A stretch of 64,000 bases of DNA. It comes from Kudoa neothunni (taxonomy: Eukaryota > Animalia > Cnidaria). The stretch spans positions 5,321,200 to 5,385,199 of the forward strand of contig OZ199840.1 in assembly GCA_964304625.1 (NCBI GenBank), given 5' to 3'. Below are positions 52,577 through 64,000 of this stretch, piece by piece (within the stretch, counting starts at the first letter, position 1; every line of letters begins with the position of its first letter). The position numbers and the translations under genes are program-made. A model generated the notes under the pieces. The model did not search any database. It saw only the letters and a list, made by a program, of their open reading frames with translations, and was not told where the DNA came from.

Positions 52577-54858
52577 CCCATAGCGGTTTTTCATATTTAA
52601 ATCTTTTAAAAAATTTAAACTACAAACAGAGCACAATTATTAATGATAAAGCGTAAAATATTTCTTCTAGAATCATGTGTGAAGTTTGAAAATAATCCAA
52701 AATACTAAAGTGCCGAAAAGGGAACGATAAACCATCTACGTGCGTTTTACTAATTATGCATTCATGCGTTTGCGCCGAGGAAAAATACAATAATATATTA
52801 ATGGAACGACAAAATATTACGAGTTATGATAGATCATTGAACATTTAATATGCATATAATTTTTTGCATATTCAGGCACAAATAGATAGTGTTTTTTTAC
52901 AAACAACGCATTTGTGTCTTTTTTTCAATGGGTCTGCACTCATTGTTGGCCAATCACATAACAGAGCAGCGTGAATATTTGCAAGAGATGATATTCTAGT
53001 AATTTTTTCAGTGCGGTCAGTTTGGATCATATTGGCTACAATACGCCTAATATGAGTCAATAATTTTACGTTGCATTTATTCTTATAATTGAGCCATTTG
53101 CAAGAATTGACCGCTGCGATTGAGATAATTTTTGTAAACAAGGGCCAGTACCAATTTTTGGAACGAATTTTTACTCTGTAACAGGATATATTATTGTCTG
53201 CGATGTCAACGCCTCCCTTATGTTTTTTAGACATATGACTGATCTATCGTCACGTAACACTTCTTGTTTTATAATAACGCTTTGTATACTGGATTGATTA
53301 AACAGAAAGCGCATTGCTAAGAAAGGCAACTGGTTTTGTATCGTTCCAATAAACGCAATTTATTTTGGTTTAGAGGTCTTCGTACGACTCATAAAAACCT
53401 CTCAGTTTCTTCTCCATTACCTTAGGATCTATTAAGGAACATTTACATCTCTCTTCTTCAATTCAGCTATCAATTTATAGGAGGTAAAAAATTATCTAAA
53501 AAAACATGAACGTCATTTCTTCCTTCAAGTTCTTCAACAAATTTTAATACAACACTGCCACCCAAACCAAAACTGTTGCAATACGATTCCTCCTTACCGG
53601 TGTACACGTTAAAACTGTAAATGTAACCATCAGAAGATGCTAAAACCCATTGCTTAAAGCCAAAACCAACCGGTTTCCCTTTCATGTGCATTTTGCAAGT
53701 ATGATGGCCTGTGTATGGTATCATTTGTTCGTCAATTGCAAAGTTATTATGGAAAAAACCAAATTCTTTAAGATTTTTATTCATTTTTTCAATTAATGGT
53801 CTTACTTTGAAAAGTTTATCCAGTTTTATCTAACTTTGAAGTGTCGTTAAAATGTAGATATTTTCTTATTAATTTGAATTTACTGCATGGCATTGACTTT
53901 TTCACAAGTTCAACTCCAGCGTCCATAGCAGACTCCCAATACATATGCTGCTGGGATAATTTATTATATCCAGTTAATAATAAAATGCCGACGAAACATT
54001 TGAGTTCCTTTATCGTCAAATGCAAATTTATGATCGTTCTTTTGTTGAGCGTATACATTTGTTTCTTTAACTATATGCAATAACACGTTTTCGGCAAAAA
54101 CTTTCACACGACTCATACATGTTCGAGTCATCATTATGGATAATATCTATACCATGGGTCATCATATTTGCATTTATTGAGTTTGTCGACAATTGCAACG
54201 TGGGATGATTTTATGGCATCTGGCTCCGCCATTTTTCAACGTTTTTCATCATGTTCTACGTTAATGAAAGTTTCTATTTCACCGCATATCTCAGGAACAG
54301 TTCCAATTTCAATGTTATCGTAATCTCTGTGGACGAACTCATCCTCTTCATCGGTCAATGTATCCACATGATCTGGAGGTATGACCACAAAATCAACTGT
54401 ATTTTGGTAATTCATCGATATTTTCAATATTTTCGATAGCATCAACTAAGTTTCTGTACCTCATCTTAAAGCTTTTACCGCGAGGTTAACAAAAAGATTA
54501 ATTGAGAAATCGCACGCCAGTGGTTTATTTTGATAATTATTTGTAGCTCTCTTTTATGTTATGTTTAATTCTTTACTTATATTAAACTTCTGGTAATATA
54601 TTATTATATTCTAAAAATATAATATTTTTAAATAACAGTTTAGTAGAATTCCTGTTCTTTTTGTACGTTGTCACATTACAAGGGCAATATAGAACAGTAT
54701 CTGGCACAATGTAAAATACATTTAATGAATATTTTTATATAATATAGATATTATACATATAAATCATATATCCTAGAATTACACTATTAAACAAATTATT
54801 GTAAGATATAGAGTGGCGTGAAGAATGTGCCGAAAAGGGAACGAAAAACCGCTATGGG
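52577..54858 (-). mobile_element. Full-length piggyBac transposon (PGBD2/3-like), transposase frameshifted
   Basis: TIRs cccatagcggtttttc and gaaaaaccgctatggg, flanked by TAAA and TTAA. Internal copy of gtgccgaaaagggaacg at about 52710. Motifs YLHFND, IDEQMIPYTGHH..KGKPVGFGFK, FLDNF, KGGVDIAD, KNWYWPLF. Confidence 0.93.
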
Positions 54859-55209
54859 TTAATAGAAATCGAATCGCTCAATATAATAATAGACGCAATA
54901 ATATAAAATTTATTTTATTTCAGATAAGTATGCATAAACCAATAATTAAAGAAGAATAAAAATTTCGGGAAAACCATCAGTGTGCACGTAATGAGACTCC
55001 TTTCCCCGACTCGTTCCGCACCAGCCCTGTTGGACTATCTGTAATTAAACTTAAATGTACACTTATTAATGCACACATCAATAATTCATTTATTCACGTA
55101 TAAATATTCATTATTTTAATATTTAAAATAATGATTACTTCGCGTAAAAATATATTTTTTATCAGAAGATTTCATATAATAATCAAGAAAGGCATTGGAT
55201 AAAAAGTTT

Positions 55210-55620
55210 TTATCCTAAAAAGGAGGGGTTGGATGAGATCGAAAATGTTGGGGTTTACTGTACGGGACTTTGGATGATAGCTGCATTTTGCAACACAACA
55301 GACGCGGCGGCATACAATGCATTTCAATTGCATGGGTCTAAGACCCTCAATTTTTTAGTCGCTACTATAGCGATGTTGGAAAGAATTTATAAAATAGTTG
55401 TCAGCGGAACGTACATATGAATTAAAAACAATTATACAAAATAACAATGATAAAACAAACGATGCGGCACAAACTGCAGTATGTGTAATTAATCCACTTG
55501 TGATGAATAAAGAATAAAGTTAATAAAATGTAAAATATGTTTTACTAAATAATTCATAATTCATTTATATGTTTCAATGTTTTATTGGGGATGGATACTG
55601 TGTCCACGTGCAGGCATATG
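55210..55620 (+). mobile_element. piggyBac 3' remnant (PGBD4-like C-terminus)
   Basis: KGGVG*D, WMIAAFCNTTDAAAYNAF and terminal Cys cluster CGTNCSMCN*STCDE. Confidence 0.6.
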
Positions 55621-57467
55621 CGTAAGTTTTTTCCTGGGTATCGGAGGGTTCATTAAACTTTCAAATATGCTTATCGATTTAAATACGTTAAAACTCTCGA
55701 CATAAGGAGTATAGTTACACGAGTACCCAAATTGGCATGCTAAATTTATAAAGTTAGATGATATAATTTAATCAACATTTGATAAAACCTATAAGAGGCG
55801 ATGTTAATTTCAATAGACTATCCTTAGAGCACAAGTAGATATTAATCATTTATTCGAATTCGTGTAATCCACTCAAAAGGCTCAAAACTGATGGAATAAT
55901 TATTTTATATTTGTTATTCGGAACATTGTTAATAAAAATTGAGAGATTCGTTTACATATCACAAGCTATTAAGAATACCAAAATGTCTCTCTAACAAAAA
56001 TCTTGAGTCACCTATGTGTACTTAGGGGCAAACGTTTTTGTAACTTTTCTTTATATACATAGTAAATAAATTATTTCATCATTCTCTCATAAATGCATTA
56101 GGAATATATTATTATTATAAATTAAAAATTTCAATATTTCTCAGTTGAGAAATCTGTGTAGATCAAAACTATCAAAGATTATTTCATCATGATCTTCAAA
56201 TGAATGTATATATTATTGTTATTATTATTATTACAGAAAAAATAAAATATATTGAAATTTTTTTGTAATGACTTATATTTTACGTTTATAATACATAAAG
56301 TATAATATTGAAATTAATAATTATGATGAAATTTAATCTTTTCCAATTGGAATTGTGTTTTGGTAATAAGTTTATAGTCTATTTACAAAGCAATACAAAA
56401 AAATATATTTTGTTAACGTTTGAAAGAAATAATTTCGCTTTTTGAATTGTTAAAAATAGTTATTTTAAGACCCCTTTTTAAGTGATTTTAACCTGAAATA
56501 CTTACATTTTAATTTTATTGAATTATGAAGAAAATGAAATAGTACTATTAAAATTATCATTTAGATATTTAGTTTCTATATATATATATATATATACACA
56601 CACATAATTGTATATAAAATCTTAAAATTTATAATCTCTATTTGAACCTCTGATTTTTATTACGATATTTTTTACCGGAGAGAAAAAATAGTAATATTTA
56701 TTGTCATCTTGGATTATGTAACAATCATGCAATTTAAGCTACCCCCCTATTAACTATTAACAGTTATGTTATAAGATTTAGAGGATAATTTACTATCCAA
56801 GAATAAATACGTTTTTGCTCTTTAATGGTTAGATTTGTTGTAAACATTATGTATAGCCGGATAAAAAATAATAAGTTAAAAAAATGAATAATAGGATATA
56901 GCAAATTATGTAATGTTACATCGTTTTTTTAAGTTGACGAAATATTAGAGTATTGTAAGAGATATGCTTTTAACGATAAAACCTATTTATTATTACCAAC
57001 ATAAAGGGTTATTGTTACATTATTATACGATAATACTATCTATTCCTAATATAGAGTAAATAATGGATGTTAAAGAATTAATCAAAAATGAAAATTTATT
57101 ATTTTTTAAGTCGGTTTAAAATTATATGAATTTATATTATACTTTTTCAAAATCAGCAACAACAAATCAGATTAATACATAAAACTAAAAACTGATTATA
57201 TGGAAAAATAATGTATGGACTTCATTAATAAAGATTTTAATATAGTTATACCTAATCAATAACTTTTTATAATTTATATGATAGTATTGTAATATTCATT
57301 AAAAAGTTGTTAACATATAAAGAAATTTTTCTATTGAAATCTAATTATAAATGACAATAAAAAAATTGATAAATTAGTGTATTTATTGAATATTTGTGAT
57401 AAGATAAAATATCCTAATATATAAATAGAAGAAATGTTTTCATTAAAAAGTGACTTAATCTAGAAAT

Positions 57468-58325
57468 ATGATGATGCTAATAAATGCTTCATTCCTCGTC
57501 CTTTGTAACCGAAGATATTTATAATTTTTAAATTCTGTTTAGTGTGTTTAAACCTTAAAACTTCGTTACAACAAACAAAGGTATTCTAATTTCGAATTTT
57601 AATTTTAATAATGTGTATAGATTCGGTTTAATAGGAAAGGGCTCGTACAAATATTAAGCTCAATAGAACAAATAAAAGAACATGAATATTTTAAAAATGA
57701 TCCCCAGAAAGTAAGTTCACGCGTAAATTATAAATTATACATTAAAAAATAGATGATGATCGTTAGAAAAGAATCAAACGACGTAGATGAATCGTTTAGT
57801 AACTATTTCCAACGTCGTATGCTCTGTTTGGCGCATTATATTTGTAACAGAAACGTTGGTAAATTTTTTGGATCAATTGCATGTATATAATATTTTCTCC
57901 GATAGTAACATGGATAGTAAATCCCAAAACATGTACACCATGCATTGTAATTTCTTATTGATTTGATTATAATTAAATTAAATGATTTAAGCATTTTACC
58001 TCAAAATATTTGAAATACATTCGGTTCGCTTATCCAGTAATAACCTATGAAGTAATTTGATTACGTTATTATGCAAATTACAACATGATAATAATTTTTA
58101 TAATTTGGTAATGTATAATTAATTGAATTAGAATGAAAAAAAGTTATATGAGGATGCAAAAGCTATTTGTATTGAAAAATCATTATGCGATCCCTTTGAT
58201 GGTAAACTTTTGTTAATATTTTATTTTTGTTTTTACGTTTTAAATATAAAAATAGATGAGATTCATAAAAATTATTTAATTTAGATGTACCAGATAAACC
58301 GAATACATGTATTCCGAAGAATTAA
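57468..58325 (+). CDS. Cys-rich secreted family paralog 9 (8 exons; short last exon as assembled)
   Basis: MMMLINASFLVLLCLNLKTSLQQTK/IRFNRKGLVQILSSIEQIKEHEYFKNDPQK/MMIVRKESNDVDESFSNYFQRRMLCLAHYICNRNV/VTWIVNPKTCTPCI/HFTSKYLKYIRFAYPVITYE/NEKKLYEDAKAICIEKSLCDPFD/DVPDKPNTCIPKN*. Confidence 0.83.
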
Positions 58326-58755
58326 GCACACGCTGTCATGTCGCTCTGAAGGATATTTACGTAGAATTTATGAATATTTCAATTTAACTGTCGTCGAATT
58401 GCATTTATACATTATTTTTTCAAGAGATGCACTTATTTTCTATTTCAAATTTCGTGTACTGAGAATGGCGGTTTATAATAATTACTATAAATTGGAATAA
58501 TTTTATCTAAAATAATTAAAAAATACTGCATTTATGAAAGATCAATCATACATGTTTGTTGTTCACGTTTAAGCCCATTAAATAATCAAAAATAATACTA
58601 TTTTTGAATATTTCCAATAATATATATATCTTAAATAATATATTCTGTCGAAAATTATACAAATAAATTAAATATTTATTTTTATTTTTAATTAAAATAA
58701 TTTTAGTTAATATATGCCAGAATAACACAAGCTTTTTGAGTGACACTCCAAACCA

Positions 58756-58856
58756 TTTTTTGTTTGAAGATCAAACCTCTGGAGCAACTTGTTGGGTTGT
58801 GAAGTTTTGGCTGGTTAGGCCTTCTTCAATTTGCTGAAGGAACCGCAGTGTCATAC
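58756..58856 (-). mobile_element. SINE 3' tail fragment
   Basis: ttttttgtttgaagatcaaacctctggagcaacttgttgggttgtgaag matches the tail at about 5462-5560. Confidence 0.7.
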
Positions 58857-61100
58857 ACGAGGTATTCGGTTATCGTTAATCCCGTGAGGATTAGAGAAAA
58901 GTTATTGAAAATTTATTATTGACCACTTTTCCGTAAATTTTTGATACGTGCGCAGAAATTTAATATATTTCTTATTGATGTAATATTATCAAATAAAGAA
59001 TTATTAACTTGTGGAAAGATTTTTATCCTTCTACCATAAATTTAAAAAAATCTGGTGGCTACGAATTTAGATAGCTATCATTTTCAAAAATGGAGGTTTT
59101 AACCGAAATCTTTATGTAGTCGGATTTTGAACGAACTATTCATTTATTGAGAAATAATAGTTAACTCGATAAATTATTTTAAAAATACTAGAATGCTGTT
59201 ATATAATTTAGTTTCATGGTGAATGGTTGAGCTACAGAGACATACATATAAATTGTTAGCATTATTTTTGAAAGTATTATTTTAACAATATAGATATTTT
59301 CTAAATGTTTAATCATAATTCTTGCTTTATTTTTTTACTTAAAATAAATGGATAAATTTTTGCTTCCGTTAAAAACTCGTTAATTCTTGAGATGACAACG
59401 CAAAGAACTATCTGAACAACAAAAAGAAGTAGACGTATAAAATTAGCTCATAAATCATTTAGATGTCTTTTATAGACGTGAATTAAATTCCAGACTTAAA
59501 TAGAAGTTTAAAAAATTTATACATATTAAAGTTATTCGAATTTGTTTTTTTTTGACTGAATTGTTTAGTTTTATATAAATTGTACAAAAATGGCCGGTAG
59601 TAGATTTTGCATCAATAGCACTCAATTTGTTCTACTAGTTATGGTGACAGTTTTGAGTGGATAAATCGCAACGAAAGAAAATTGAAAGTTTTTAAATTAA
59701 GGCCCGATCTATTATCGTAAAAGCTCCCATAAGTAATTATTTTTTTAAAATAAATTCCTTTAAGAATTATTTTACATATTTAATCACCTAAAATAAATCG
59801 GGTTTCTTGACTCTAAAGGCTTTAATCAGTTATAAACTATAGAATAAAAATTATGCTATAGTACCCATTTTCCAGAATGTTTCTTCTGAATTTAATCCAA
59901 GATTATATTACACGAGGAAATTAATTTGGCATTGACCCAGAATTAGTCTGGGAAAGTCGTCTGAATGCGGGTGTCTGCTGTAAGAAAACCCCCTACTACG
60001 TTGTGTTTCGTCCCAGTACCCCGGTATTTATGAGCACCTGAGTTCTACCCTCAATCAGGCCCCTATCCCAGCTGCAAGAAAGACCACGATAAATCGTAGA
60101 TCCTTGCGATCACTACAACCTTCCTACTTAATTTCGGATTAGAAGTACGGATACACCCGGGCCAGACTTCGAACTCACAACCTCCAGATATGTGAGTCGC
60201 ATACAACACCACTTGGTCATATTGTCTAGTCTTGGTAGCCAATGCATGGTAGGCTGGATGGGGATATTTGATGGACCGCAAATTTAAGGCCACTGTTATA
60301 AAGCCTAATTTATATGGTAAACATATTTGTTGGTTTCTTCTAAATCTAAGTTTGGATTTTTGTAGGAAAAACTTTATTATGAATATGAACGTATGGCTGA
60401 AACAAATTATTAACACCTGTTGGAGGAAACTTCGGCATGTGCGATCCCTTATGGTAATGTTTTTATAGAAACCGTCTAGAATCAATCTTAAGTCATTAAA
60501 AGTGTTTAGTGAACGTTATGCTCACACTCAGGCAGGTCTCAATAACTGACGCAATCTTCCAATTTATTATTATTCTATGTATAAAGGAACCTTCTTTATT
60601 GGGTCCTAGAAATGAAATAAGTCTTTTCAATACTTTGCTAAATTCATTTATTGAAATGATTATTTTTAAGAATCACACGTGTATCAAAAGCTGGCGAAAT
60701 AAATCGTAGAATGATATCTTTTAAAGTTTTTATGTCGAAGTTTATTTTTAGTTTTGATTTTACTTTATAAATAGAAATTATTATTTGGAATTTAATGTTT
60801 CGAATAAGGAATATTATTTCTTCATTATAATATTTAGGCACATATAATGATAATTTAAAATAAATTTCTGCTCATAATAATGACTAAATGGTGTTCAGTA
60901 TTTTTAAATAATTAATTAAAGTATTAATCTGCATTGATTCATGAATTATATCTGTATTTAATGTATTTAGCGTGCGAAATAAAACAAAATTTTTTCAAAG
61001 ATCCCACATTGCGTCCTTGGGGTTGAAAAAATTATATGGGTTTATTCGATCTTTCCTGATTTTAAATCTTAAATAATTATGTAGAAAATACGTTTTTATT
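58857..61100 (+). mobile_element. Possible highly decayed CMC/Chapaev3-like transposon
   Basis: Begins CAC. Fragments MAGSRFCINS..., VDKSQRKKIE (about 59590-59690) and GIFDGPQI (about 60260) recall the 'GPQIR' transposase family. Right boundary is a guess. Confidence 0.35.
59933..60230 (-). mobile_element. SINE family A, 5' two-thirds
   Basis: Matches about 5640-5950; minus-strand head tgaccaagtgg (A-box-like)...gagttcgaagtc (B-box). Confidence 0.8.
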
Positions 61101-62515
61101 TTTTGATTGTATTTATACGATAAAAATTTTATCTCCTATTTATTGCGAAAAATATCTTGGGTAGTGCTTTCGTTTGTTAGAAGGTTAATATGCTTGTATT
61201 AAAGTAAAATACAACCGTTTTGTTTCTATCAAACTATACATAAGGGTTACAGACGCCAATATTTGTTGATAACATAATGTTATCTTTCAACTTATATATG
61301 TATAAATTATTTTACTTACTTAAATATAATATTTGGTGTAGTTTACATATTTTAAGATCAAGATATCAGATACCTTCTATTTTAATATGGTTGGATTACC
61401 CAATACTTATACCTTTTCACTAAAATAAATTATTTTTTAAAAGTTATTTCATTATGACATGCAAAAAGTTGTTTTTGTTTGAAGATTTTTAAAAAATTAA
61501 TTCTATTTATGACTTTTTTAATTAACGTGATTTTATTACATTAAATGACATTAATCATTATTGGTATTTATAGTATAGAAAAAATACAGACGTTTTTACA
61601 TGATACATACAATTTGTAATTTATATTTCATTATAAATAATGAATGTATCTATTAAATATATTTTAAATAGAATTTTATTTATAATTATATTTTTAAAAA
61701 TATAAAACCTGATCTACATTTGTAAAATATTGAATACACACCGACAAAATATGTATTAATAGCATTTAATATTGATCATTTTATTATGAATAAAATAAAT
61801 TTATAATTGATTAATAATTTTATTCTAATATATTGATAAATTAAGATATGATTTGATTAGTTAATTGATGTGATAAAGCTATAAAAATTTTGACAAATAT
61901 TAACATTTTATGGAATGTAAAAAATAATGTTATAATAAATAAAATTCAATATTTTAACTAATACAATATCAAAAATTACTTTTTAAATTATATCATACTA
62001 GGTCAAATTGAATATACATTTTACTGTTCCCATTATCTATAATTCTTAGGTTTATATTCATAGGATAAAAATTTGATTCTTTATCTTATATGGAAATAAA
62101 ATTAATTTTTTTAAAATTTATTAACAAATACAATGATAATTTAAATTAACTATAGTAATGATAAAATCAATTATGAGTTTAAATTCCTTAATTGTCTGTC
62201 TTAATTTTATTATTTATAGATAAATGCATTCTTAATTACAAGAGTCTTGTAATAAACAATAAAAGTAAGTTATTTATAAATAGAAATATTCGTGATCTAG
62301 AAATGTTATTATTTAATTATTTTTCAAAGTTCTAGCAATCATTATGATACGCGAAAAAATTCAATTCTTATATACGAAAATATCTTATCTAAACTTTTTC
62401 AATCTAATATTCATATAAATATTCAATTACTATTATAGAAAGATATTAATATATGATAACGCTATATATAAAGAGAATAATTTTTTTGTATAATCACCGT
62501 CAACAATATTATTCG

Positions 62516-63461
62516 ATGTATCACATAGTAACGCAGTTTCTATATGTTCTAGGTATTTGAAATGTCGAAAATATTCTAATCAACATTTAATAGCATTAGG
62601 CTCAAAATATACAAACCAAGACCCAAACGTAATTATTTGATTTAATATAGGGTTTTATAATAATATAACCTAGTTTGAATTATCAGATCCTGTGCTATAT
62701 GATATATATGAATGTTTGAAATCGTTTAAAGAAAAAGAATTATTTCAGGATGATAACAAGGTAATAAAGTTAAAATCAAAGTTATTTCAATAAAAGGTCA
62801 GTTGAAAATAATTGGAGAAGAAATAGAACACCTACATGGGTTTGTGAACAAATATCCTGAACCGAAAGATATATGTACAATCATTGCCGTGTGTAATGAA
62901 AATAAAAGTATTGTTTTTACTGAAATACTATAAAAAAATTAATTATAAAAAAGTCATAAGGTATAAACAAAATAAAGAGTGTCTGCCGTGTTTAGTGAGA
63001 AAAATATTTATGTTTATTTATTCAATATGTTCTATCAATAGTTGGTTCTTTATTTGGATACATTAACTTTGGAATTAAACCACAAAAAAGTCTCGTATAA
63101 AGTAGATATAACTGATAAACTAATTCCATTTTATTAATTAATCTTTTTGAACAAATGAAGAAAATAATTAATTATCACAAAATAATAATATAGGACAGAG
63201 AAAAGTTCCTTCGTGATGCCAAAACTAAATGTGTTGAAGTAGGTCATTGCGACCATTTTGAAGTAGACCCAGGAGATGGTAAAAATATTATTATTTTATT
63301 CACAATTATTTTATAATTCTTAAATTAATGTTCATTAATTTTGAATTATATTAACGATTAATTTAGATGATCTAATCGGAGAAAGAGATGATTTCGACCA
63401 AGTTCGTAGTTGGTATCATGGAATGGCGAAAAAAATGACCTTTGAATTTTCAACCCCCTAG
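62516..63461 (+). CDS. Cys-rich secreted family paralog 10 (8 exons, intact)
   Basis: MYHIVTQFLYVLALGSKYTNQDPN/FELSDPVLYDIYECLKSFKEKELFQDDNK/LKIIGEEIEHLHGFVNKYPEPKDICTIIAVCNENK/IIRYKQNKECLPCL/LVLYLDTLTLELNHKKVSYK/DREKFLRDAKTKCVEVGHCDHFEVDPGD/DDLIGERDDFDQVRSWYHGMAKKMTFEFSTP*. Confidence 0.85.
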
Positions 63462-64000
63462 AAATTAATTATTACTTTCAATAGTGATTTTTTTCTACTT
63501 CATTAAAAACTGTAATATAATATAAACATGAAATTTACGAGTCTAAAATGGGTATATTATGTAAGCTGTATAAAATAATTTCGTTGTTTAATAAAATTTA
63601 ATGAAAATTGAGAGAAGTCAATATTATCAGAATCATGGTGCATATGTGATAATTAAATTAAACCTAAATTTTTATGTACTAAAATAAAATATAAGCTGCT
63701 GTTTTATATTTATATTTTTAAGAATTTTGAAGTAAGATATAAAATAAAATTTTAGGACACACCAAACCACTAACACTAAGATTATAATTTATAATGCATA
63801 CCGCTACTCCATTAAAGTTGTTACGTATAAAATTCTTTTTATATAATTTCGTATTAAAAAAGATGCTAATTGTGATTAGATACTATTAGTTTATATCGAA
63901 TCACTTTTATTTTGAAAATAAATTATTTTTATTAACTTTTCCAAATAAAATGGTGTATTTTTATACCCCAGGCCTATTTAATCTTTAATTTTTTACCTCA

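Overview
AT-rich eukaryotic genomic DNA with very short GT-AG introns (mostly about 35-60 bp), typical of a compact animal genome; a parasitic lineage is possible but not shown. The six-frame ORF track misses most of the host genes because they are split by these introns. Splicing by hand reveals a head-to-tail array, all on the + strand, of 10 recognisable paralogs plus 2-3 decayed ones. They encode an unnamed, probably secreted protein of about 170-205 aa, normally 8 exons, with conserved intron positions and an invariant C-x5-C...C-x2-C...C-x5-C cysteine frame but otherwise extreme divergence. The cysteine and helix order resembles a circularly permuted saposin (swaposin); this is inference. 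Inside the array is one large gene (29356-36496, about 2,000 aa) for a type I membrane protein made of three copies of a five-domain Cys-rich/FN3-like cassette, with a short cytoplasmic tail RRKSNDAAYDL. Paralog 4 sits in the loop of a young inverted repeat with 1.2 kb arms. The rest is decayed DNA transposons (piggyBac, pogo/Tigger, hAT, MULE, possible Chapaev and Helitron-type), MITEs, and two tRNA-headed SINE families that share a 3' tail. All gene models are manual and unverified.
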